A DNA stretch of 64,000 bases. Origin: a virus. This document shows, one piece after another, positions 56,870 to 64,000 of this stretch. The translations under genes and the position numbers were made by a program. The notes beneath the pieces are model-generated. The model ran no database searches. It was not told where the DNA came from and saw nothing but the letters and a program-made list of their open reading frames with translations. The stretch is taken from positions 3,036 to 67,035 of the IMG/VR virus record IMGVR_UViG_3300035670_000178; one strand, written 5' to 3'. Every line of letters begins with the position of its first letter. Position 1 is the stretch's first letter.

Positions 56870-57299
56870 CCCAGTTTTCTGAATCGATCATAACTTCCCC
56901 TGGCCCCATCAACTCTAACTTGTATCTGAGTCTTGGGTTGTCGAAGTATTTCTTGATCTTTCCGTCAATGACCAACATCAACCCTTCGATAGCTTCTTCA
57001 TCCGTCATGTAGTTGACGAAGACAGGATTGTGCACGCTCACCCACACATCATGCTTGCACGATATAAGAGAGTTCATCAACTCTTCAATCTTGTCTATGT
57101 CGATGTGAGCGTCAACATCGTCAATAATTAGCGTGTCGGTGGCCCGTGCACAAAGACTTTTGATTGCTTGGAGTCTCGCATATCCGGATCTAGAATCCGA
57201 CAGGTACCGCATCCCTTCCAAGTTAGCTAGATACTTGCTCTTTCCGCCTCTATTTGGACCTATCAGTACTCTCAGCATTTCCATCTCCCAGCCGGACAC
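56853..57299 (-). CDS. minimal ABC/AAA-type ATPase
   Basis: GPNRGGKS, LIIDDVDAH, VSVHNP. Confidence 0.7.
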   Translation of the reverse strand: MSGWEMEMLRVLIGPNRGGKSKYLANLEGMRYLSDSRSGYARLQAIKSLCARATDTLIIDDVDAHIDIDKIEELMNSLISCKHDVWVSVHNPVFVNYMTDEEAIEGLMLVIDGKIKKYFDNPRLRYKLELMGPGEVMIDSENWGEDVS

Positions 57300-57434
57300 T
57301 TATGAGCTTTGTGCAGTACGGCTGCCGGAATATGGCAGCCGCACAGCAAGCAAAACTCATCGTCATTGAATTCACACGTGGCGCACACATTCAAACGATC
57401 AATCATCTTCTCGTTACCGAAAAGAATGTACTGA

Positions 57435-58406
57435 CTATTTTTGAGGAAACCCATTAACAGGACGCTCGTAGGTGCGCTCCGCAGCGTTCTCTTTAATAGC
57501 GGCCAGTTTCGCATAAAGGAGCTGAGTGTTTTCTTTGTACGATTCCAAATCATCGAAGATGTCCTTAAGTTCAGAGTCTTGCCGCGGATCGTGAATCAGT
57601 TCGTCGAACCAATCCATCAAGTCATAGTCGTTAATCACACCGTTAGTCCAGGCGATCACTTTCGACCACCCTTCGTAAGGCACCTGCTTACCGAACGCCC
57701 ACTCCGTGAGTGCAGCACGCATAGGCTTGGTGCGCTCCATGAGCATGGTGGCTACATTCTGCTTCGTCTTGACGTCAGTCTTCGTGACTTTCGGCTTCTT
57801 GATGCCGTGCTCAAGCTGAAGCAGGATTTCGTCCAGCTTGTCGTTAAGATCAGCCGGGTCGGAGATGCTGTTCAACGTACGCACCAGAGCGTAGTCGAAG
57901 TTCATCTTACGGGCGATGTCGTTGATCTTGGTGTGACCACGCAGGACCATTTTCGCCAGCATCACGCGGGGCTGCACCCACGAACGGGACTTACCAAGCG
58001 TGCTCATAATGTCCTGCTCGGAATAGCCCTTCTTCACGAAGTGCATCAGAGCTTTCGATTCTTCGTAGAAGCTCAGCGCCTGACGTGAATCGTTCTCACG
58101 GAAGTTGGCCGCAACCCATTCGTCTTCGGACATCGACGGCTTGACAGTCGCCTTGTAAGTCGGAATGCCAGCTTCCTTACAAGCCTTGTACCGGCGAAAG
58201 CCGTTCACGAGAATGTACTTACATCCCGTGGCCGCTTGCTGCTCAGCAGTAGCCAAGCACACAGTACCCGGCTGATCTTGCCCGCCATTCTTGATGGACA
58301 CCTTCAGCTCGGTGACATCAATGTTTGCCAGTTCACGGCTGTTCTTGTCGAAGTCAGCGTAGATCTCGTTCAGCGGAAGAGCGTAAATTCCTTCAAGTTC
58401 GATCAT
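57435..58406 (-). CDS. ParB-like protein
   Basis: ELKVSIK.GQDQP, ILVNGFRRY, EN..R, HTH LGKSRSWV. Confidence 0.85.
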   Translation of the reverse strand: MIELEGIYALPLNEIYADFDKNSRELANIDVTELKVSIKNGGQDQPGTVCLATAEQQAATGCKYILVNGFRRYKACKEAGIPTYKATVKPSMSEDEWVAANFRENDSRQALSFYEESKALMHFVKKGYSEQDIMSTLGKSRSWVQPRVMLAKMVLRGHTKINDIARKMNFDYALVRTLNSISDPADLNDKLDEILLQLEHGIKKPKVTKTDVKTKQNVATMLMERTKPMRAALTEWAFGKQVPYEGWSKVIAWTNGVINDYDLMDWFDELIHDPRQDSELKDIFDDLESYKENTQLLYAKLAAIKENAAERTYERPVNGFPQK

Positions 58407-58407
58407 T

Positions 58408-60210
58408 TTAAAGTTCCTCTAATGCAATGCTTTGCAGGTTGACTTTCTTGTCAAGATTTTCCAAAATGTACTTGTCCACAGGGAGTTGTACAAGATCAAC
58501 TATGCGACATCCACGAGTCATGTCCATACCCATATCTGTGCCGCGCTCAATAGACTGCATTCGAGCAGCGCCATCGAACGGGTTATGCCAATACATGATC
58601 GTCGGACTTGCACTGTAACTCACACCCGTACCGCCAGTGGCCGGATGTGCAACAACACATAACTTATCAGGGTATTCTTCGATATTGGCGAAAGCCTTGA
58701 GGGCTTCGCCGTTACTCTCGAAATCATGCTTAAATCCACGGCCGTCGATCTTTATGACCTTCCAGCCCTGTCTCAAAGCGATTTGTTCCATTCGATCAAT
58801 ACAGCCAAGGAATCCACCGAATGCCACAAAACGAGCGGCACTCTCTGCTTCGTCGAGCAACTCGATCATCTTGTCTTCTTTCGGGCACTCGACTTGTTCC
58901 GTGACTCGCTTCATCGGATGGACTCTTCCATTACCTTCGCAGCGTGTACATGTCGTATTGTCAGCAACATCCTTTCCTGTTGTCCAGCATTTGGGGCAAT
59001 CAACCCACCGTGTTTCGTCCGGCACTTCTTTGTAGTAGAACCCGGCACTAAGCTGCGCGAGTTCGTTGAGTGCCACGGCGGGGCTTGATGCGGATCTTTT
59101 GATTTGAGCCGCGTATTTGAGAATCGTCCGTGAGGGCTTGAGTTCGATCATCTCGTAGATCTTCTCAGGCAGGTTCATACAATCACGCTTAAGGAACTTA
59201 ATCGAAATACCCCTAAGACGTTCACCCAACAACTTAACTTCGTTGCGGGCCGGTACATAGCCGTGATCCGAATCATCGTGCCCATTCTTCGACCGCCCGC
59301 ACTCGTCACATATATTGTCCGAGTTGCGGCAGAATGCTTTCACGGGGAATTGACCGCCGGTTTCGTTGTCCTTATATTCTATCTTGTAAATCTTTTCTTC
59401 CAAGTCTTTGAAACTATTCTCAGCTAGGAAGCCAGGACGTACAACTTCGATTTGGGACCAGAAATCAGCGGGGTTCTTAGGGCTGGGCGTACCGGTCATA
59501 GCAACTATATACGGCTGGTCATGACAACGCCGCATTTCATTGCATACATGAAACGCGGCTTGTGTGCGAAGAGTAGTCCAAGTCTTCAATGCGTGGCTCT
59601 CGTCGAACACGATCACTTCGGGCGGTATCAGTTTGTCACCATACTCCTTCAAGCTACTCACGAGTGCATCGTAAGTCATTAGACTAAGTTGTAAGTTAAA
59701 GCCCCAATTCCAGATCTCAACTTCGACGCCGGCAATAGCCGACTTGGGGCCGATGTACCAAGCACGTTTGCCTAGTCGTTCGATCACGCTCAGTACAGGC
59801 AAAGTCTTACCTGTACGCATCTCAGCCGCTATGTGGCATTGCTCTCGTGCCCACCAGTGTGAAGCCATAGCTTCCTGATGTGGCATCGGATCGAGAACTT
59901 TGCCTTTAGCTTTGCTGAACCGTGGCTGCATACCAAAAGGTTCGACTTGCTTAGTATACTTCGTGTATGGGCTAGGCGTGTGCGCGTCGAAGTAATCGAG
60001 CACCCACAAATTTCGTGGGTTGACCGGGGCTTCGTAGTGCATTGAATCTTTACGCCAGTTAGGCGGTGCCCCACCTTTCCATACTCTTCCCGAGAATGAA
60101 TTGATGAACCGTTCTTTGACTACTTTGTTGTAGTGGCTAGGGATAATGATCTTATCCCCGGCCACCCGAACATCCATCTGTATAATGGAGTTACCTATTT
60201 TGACATCCAC
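58408..60210 (-). CDS. SNF2-like SF2 helicase
   Basis: MRTGKT, FDESH, MTGTP, QSIER; Cys-rich inserts. Confidence 0.88.
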   Translation of the reverse strand: MDVKIGNSIIQMDVRVAGDKIIIPSHYNKVVKERFINSFSGRVWKGGAPPNWRKDSMHYEAPVNPRNLWVLDYFDAHTPSPYTKYTKQVEPFGMQPRFSKAKGKVLDPMPHQEAMASHWWAREQCHIAAEMRTGKTLPVLSVIERLGKRAWYIGPKSAIAGVEVEIWNWGFNLQLSLMTYDALVSSLKEYGDKLIPPEVIVFDESHALKTWTTLRTQAAFHVCNEMRRCHDQPYIVAMTGTPSPKNPADFWSQIEVVRPGFLAENSFKDLEEKIYKIEYKDNETGGQFPVKAFCRNSDNICDECGRSKNGHDDSDHGYVPARNEVKLLGERLRGISIKFLKRDCMNLPEKIYEMIELKPSRTILKYAAQIKRSASSPAVALNELAQLSAGFYYKEVPDETRWVDCPKCWTTGKDVADNTTCTRCEGNGRVHPMKRVTEQVECPKEDKMIELLDEAESAARFVAFGGFLGCIDRMEQIALRQGWKVIKIDGRGFKHDFESNGEALKAFANIEEYPDKLCVVAHPATGGTGVSYSASPTIMYWHNPFDGAARMQSIERGTDMGMDMTRGCRIVDLVQLPVDKYILENLDKKVNLQSIALEEL

Positions 60211-60486
60211 TTTTCGTGCTCCTTTTTCACCCTTAACACCTGCGACAAGACATAATAAAACGGATCAAGATCAATTGGCGGGTTGCTTAAGAACAACTCC
60301 CGCCATGCATCGATCGATCCGTAGTACACATAGTTTCCTTCTTTCTCAATTACGCTCACAGGTGTCAAGTCCAGTAGGGCGTCTGCCACCACAGCGAATG
60401 ATAAGCACTGTGGTGGCAGACGAAGCGGGGAGGAGGCCCCTAACATTATAAGGGCCTCCTCCGCTATCTCAGGCTTACATAGTAGC

Positions 60487-61143
60487 TTAGCTACGTACGT
60501 CACCGGGATCGCTAATGAAGGCCGGAGGATTTCGGAATCGATGGATTGCATCGCGAACTTCTTCCTGTTCCGGCTCGTTGTGGATCTCAAAGTCACCCTG
60601 GCGAGCGGCAATCACCGTGCGCTTGTACTTGGCCTTGGGGCCAGTGGGCTGACTGTACAAAATGAACTTGTTGTTCTGGGCGTCGAGGCCGTCAAGGATC
60701 TTGGACGATCCCACGCTACGCTCGAAGTCAGTGCCGTGGAACACGGTCACGTACTCGCCGAATTCGGGGAGGTAGAACAGCCATTCGATACCGTACTTGT
60801 AACCGTTGACGCGGGCCTTAGCCTTCGCACGGTAATCAGCGTACTTGATCGGATCGCCACCCGAATCGACACCGGAAAGAACCGTCTCGAATTCACCTTC
60901 AGTGTAGAAGGAAGCCTTCGAGCGGTAGGCCAGACAGACGGCATCAACTTCTTTGCCGACAAGTTCATAACGACCGCTGTTGTAAACGGCCATCTGGTTC
61001 AGCTTCGTGAGCAACTCGACGTTCTCAGGAAGCTGAAGTTTTTCCATGCGGCTGTTGAGCACGCACAGGACGGGGAAGAAAGAGGAGACAGCAACTGCGT
61101 CTTCACGAAGTTCAGCATTCGGTGCAACAATGATCTCGTTCAT
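60487..61143 (-). CDS. putative ssDNA-binding / replication accessory protein
   Basis: Position and biased codon usage only. Confidence 0.4.
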   Translation of the reverse strand: MNEIIVAPNAELREDAVAVSSFFPVLCVLNSRMEKLQLPENVELLTKLNQMAVYNSGRYELVGKEVDAVCLAYRSKASFYTEGEFETVLSGVDSGGDPIKYADYRAKAKARVNGYKYGIEWLFYLPEFGEYVTVFHGTDFERSVGSSKILDGLDAQNNKFILYSQPTGPKAKYKRTVIAARQGDFEIHNEPEQEEVRDAIHRFRNPPAFISDPGDVRS

Positions 61144-61151
61144 GTTTCAAG

Positions 61152-62117
61152 TTATCCTTCGATGGTGGGTTCAAGTCCGCCGTTAAGTTCGGCAATGCGC
61201 TTCTGGTGCTTTTCGAGTTCTTTCTGTTTGCGGAGTTCCTCCTGGGCTTGCTGCTTGCGTTCGAATTCTTCACGGGCGGCAGAGACGGTGTCTTCGTCAA
61301 GCGAAACACCCCACTTCACGCCCTGGGTGAAGGCTTCCTGAAGAGCCGGATCGTTGTACAGGGCCTTGGCCAGATCGCCGGCTTCGATTTCCTGCATGAT
61401 GACGGCACGATCACGGGCCTTGAACTTGGCCTCGAACACCTTGGGTTCCTTCGGCTTGGCGGGTTCGACTTTCTCGCCCGCGGCTAGGGCCTGCTTCGTA
61501 GCCGTGATCCGGTTCTTGAGGTCTTCGGTCTTCAGCACCTGAGCGGCCTGAATGAGTTCGTCGTTCTGGAGCTTCTTGCCAGCCTTCGACAACTCACGGG
61601 CGTTGTCCAGCGTGATCGTGCCGGACTCGACCAGGGTGATGACCTTTTCGTCCAGCTTCTCGCTGGAGAACTTCAGCGCATCACGGACGAAATCGACGGA
61701 CTGACCGACGACCTTGGCCAACTCTTCGATCTTCAGACCGGGCTTCTCAGCCATGATGCGTTCATACTGACGGGCAACCTGCGTCTTCTTCTGAGGAATG
61801 CGCAGGGTATTGGCGCGGATCTGAAGACCCAGAAGTTCCCACCGGGGAGTGCCTTCGGGGTAGACGATCGCGGGGATCTCCGTGAGCTTGGCTTCCTTGG
61901 AAGCCGAAAGTCGGTGGAGGCCGTCGACCAGTTCGTAGTACTCGATCCCAGTCTCAAGGTTGGTGGCCTTGACCACGAAGATCGGGGAGTGGATCCCATT
62001 GCCACGCTTGAGGTCTTCGACCATGAGCATGTACTTTTCGTCTTTCGTCTCAGTTTCACGCAGCGCAGTGTCAAGCACCTGGATGTCGGCAACAGAGATC
62101 AGTTCAATCTGGTTCAT
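61152..62117 (-). CDS. ParB-like protein
   Basis: SPIFV, ELVDGLHRL, HTH LAKVVGQS; highly biased codons. Confidence 0.85.
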   Translation of the reverse strand: MNQIELISVADIQVLDTALRETETKDEKYMLMVEDLKRGNGIHSPIFVVKATNLETGIEYYELVDGLHRLSASKEAKLTEIPAIVYPEGTPRWELLGLQIRANTLRIPQKKTQVARQYERIMAEKPGLKIEELAKVVGQSVDFVRDALKFSSEKLDEKVITLVESGTITLDNARELSKAGKKLQNDELIQAAQVLKTEDLKNRITATKQALAAGEKVEPAKPKEPKVFEAKFKARDRAVIMQEIEAGDLAKALYNDPALQEAFTQGVKWGVSLDEDTVSAAREEFERKQQAQEELRKQKELEKHQKRIAELNGGLEPTIEG

Positions 62118-62158
62118 TAGAATCTTCCTTTTGTTCAGCAGTCACCATGACCACTCTC

Positions 62159-62194
62159 TACTCTATAATACACTAAAAAGGGTACAAATTATCC
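62159..62194 (-). promoter_or_regulatory. putative phage promoter of the replication cluster
   Basis: GGATAAT-N12-TAGTGTATTATAGAGTA, matching 12574-12608. Confidence 0.65.
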
Positions 62195-62324
62195 AAAAAT
62201 ACGAGTTTGAAAAAAAATAGTTTGTCTCAGTTTCTCCTTTCAAATCATGAGGGAGGTCAATCGACCAATAGGACAATGCGACCATTGATCACGAAGAAGA
62301 TCCGACCGTGAAGATCAGACCCTA

Positions 62325-62514
62325 GGTGGATCGGATATTTCCCGAAGTGACGGTCCGTGTACACTATCCGTCTCACGGGCGGGCCGGTCACGGGAGAGAG
62401 AGACTCCCCTTGATAGTGGTCGCGCTCTACAGACCCGACCGACCCTAAGATGATAATAAGAGCATAGACCGACGTTCTCTCCCTCCCGCGACTTTAGAGA
62501 TTATCCGATCCACC
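62325..62514 (-). ncRNA. candidate structured RNA or origin element
   Basis: Nested inverted repeats in a gap with no ORF in the supplied track. Confidence 0.5.
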
Positions 62515-62548
62515 GACTCTGAGATCCGACCGACGGCCGACGTTGATC

Positions 62549-62797
62549 TTAGGATGGGCCGCGGCCTCTGATCGACTGCTCGACCACGAGACTGCGAATA
62601 TCCTCGGACAGCGCCGTGGCCTGATCGCGCGTCATGCGAATGACGACTTTGTCCGTCTTCAACGTGACGACCTCTCCTCTAAGCTCAACCCTATGTCCTG
62701 TGATGGCGACCCCGGACTTCGTGAAGTAGTCCTGCCACTTACGAAGTTCGTCCCGGATGTACTTGTCTTGTATGCGGTTCATCAGATATTCAAACAT
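62549..62797 (-). CDS. hypothetical protein
   Basis: GGAG RBS, in chain. Confidence 0.55.
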   Translation of the reverse strand: MFEYLMNRIQDKYIRDELRKWQDYFTKSGVAITGHRVELRGEVVTLKTDKVVIRMTRDQATALSEDIRSLVVEQSIRGRGPS

Positions 62798-63258
62798 GAG
62801 ATAACTCCAAGGTAGTAAGTCAATGCGGCCAATGGATCGTTGAACTCAACGTTTTTGTCTTTGTCTTGTACTTCCTCCCACAACACTTCCTTCTCTAGAT
62901 CGTAGATCTTGTTGAGCTTGTCCTGATCGTATGGAACACCGAAGTGATCGTAGATCTTGCGAAGCAGCCGTTCTTCGTAGTTCACAAAGCTCTCACCCGT
63001 GGCGCTGATCGTAAGCTCACATTTGATGGGCGTCGGTATGTCACCCAGGTACGCCTCCGCCGCATCGTGCAGATAGGCATGAATCTTCAGATCATCGGAC
63101 GGCACTCTTTTCGCTAAGTTAATGCAATGCCGGGCGACGCACACATTGCTGTGTCCATTCCAACGAACTTGCCGGGCAAGGGACTCGGCAATATCCCAAA
63201 TATCTATGACGGGATCCTCAAGATCAATCAGCCCGGAAAATCTAGTCCACACTTTCAT
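62782..63258 (-). CDS. HD-domain phosphohydrolase (YfbR-like 5'-deoxynucleotidase)
   Basis: RWNGH, VARH, LHDAAEAYLGDIPTPIK; start MKVWTR. Confidence 0.88.
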   Translation of the reverse strand: MKVWTRFSGLIDLEDPVIDIWDIAESLARQVRWNGHSNVCVARHCINLAKRVPSDDLKIHAYLHDAAEAYLGDIPTPIKCELTISATGESFVNYEERLLRKIYDHFGVPYDQDKLNKIYDLEKEVLWEEVQDKDKNVEFNDPLAALTYYLGVISCLNI

Positions 63259-63475
63259 CCAGCATCTCCTTGAATCTGAGAAGGAACTTCTCAGTCTCTT
63301 CCCGTGAGGGAGCGTCGTACACATACAAAGACATAGAGTCCTCTAGTCGCGTACAGCGCCCATCCCACATACCCGTGTCTCTGTAGTGGGTCATCCGAAA
63401 GAACAATCCACCAACGCTGTAAGTGTATCTCACAAACGTCTCATTCGGCGCCGTGTTCTCAGTCCAGTCCATCAA
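63242..63475 (-). CDS. hypothetical protein
   Basis: GAGGAG RBS. Confidence 0.5.
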   Translation of the reverse strand: MMDWTENTAPNETFVRYTYSVGGLFFRMTHYRDTGMWDGRCTRLEDSMSLYVYDAPSREETEKFLLRFKEMLDESVD

Positions 63476-63591
63476 GATCTAAGCTCCTCTATGATTCTGT
63501 TCTTCAACATAGTCATGTTGTCCTCTTCGAGAAGTCCACGCAGATGTAATCATCGTCAAACTCCTGGAATCCATCATAATCTGTAGTATGT

Positions 63592-63837
63592 CTATCGATC
63601 ATGTTTCCTTACTTTCGTTATGACCGGCACGCCGATCAGCGGGTCCCGCACTTCAACTTCATACTCAGAATCGCTATCAACCGCTACCCGTGAATACATC
63701 ACGCCGCGGTCCGTGGTCACGTATCTTCCGTTGACTCCCTCCACTACGACTATATACGTTTCACGGTCGAATCCACCGTAGAAACAGTAAACAGCTAGCC
63801 CGATAAGACATCCGATTATCGCTCGTTCGAGGTTCAT
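63592..63837 (-). CDS. small membrane-anchored protein
   Basis: N-terminal hydrophobic segment. Confidence 0.55.
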   Translation of the reverse strand: MNLERAIIGCLIGLAVYCFYGGFDRETYIVVVEGVNGRYVTTDRGVMYSRVAVDSDSEYEVEVRDPLIGVPVITKVRKHDR

Positions 63838-64000
63838 GCTCTAAGCCCCAAGTAGGCCACGATCAGATACAGCACGCAAACATAAATCATGTCCATCTCC
63901 TTAAGTTGACAGGTTGAATCAAACTATGCGACAGCAAGTGCTTATTTTCGTCGGAAATCGACGGCCACCAGTATCCATACTTATCACTTCGAGCGTAGAT

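Noticed and set aside
49411-63258. 2-aminoadenine (Z) genome pathway suggested by HD hydrolase, MazG-like and PolA genes
   Set aside because: No PurZ-like gene in the window, and Dam-like MTases imply ordinary adenine
1-64000. Stop-codon reassignment
   Set aside because: Core genes are full length in the standard code, and TAA, TAG and TGA all end genes at tight junctions

Overview
The window is most of a tailed dsDNA phage genome with a siphovirus-like layout (long tape measure, no sheath). No integrase, CRISPR array or rRNA is visible. Transcription diverges from a repeat-rich non-coding region at about 11.9-12.6 kb. A minus-strand arm of small, mostly hypothetical ORFs occupies 1-11.9 kb. 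A plus-strand morphogenesis/lysis operon occupies 12.6-40.5 kb: lambda-gpA-type terminase, portal, scaffold, capsid, tail tube, frameshifted chaperone, 1850-aa tape measure, fibre-like proteins, two muralytic enzymes and a C5 methyltransferase. A minus-strand replication arm occupies 40.5-64 kb: two tandem Dam-like methyltransferases, dNMP kinase, primase-helicase, exonucleases, ligase, sigma-like factor, family A polymerase, SNF2 helicase, ParB-like proteins and an HD hydrolase. The most unusual signals are: (1) a shared N-terminal heptapeptide MYFIFGY on the scaffold, capsid, putative decoration and tail tube proteins, with no prohead protease in the head module; (2) three consecutive tail-fibre-like proteins with Sec-type signal peptides; (3) non-coding structures, namely a twice-repeated covarying twin hairpin, two aberrant tRNA-like cloverleaves and a ~190-nt nested-stem element; (4) an identical 17-bp promoter-like motif heading both the late operon and the core replication cluster. 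All product calls come from motif recognition and synteny by eye; no database searches were run.
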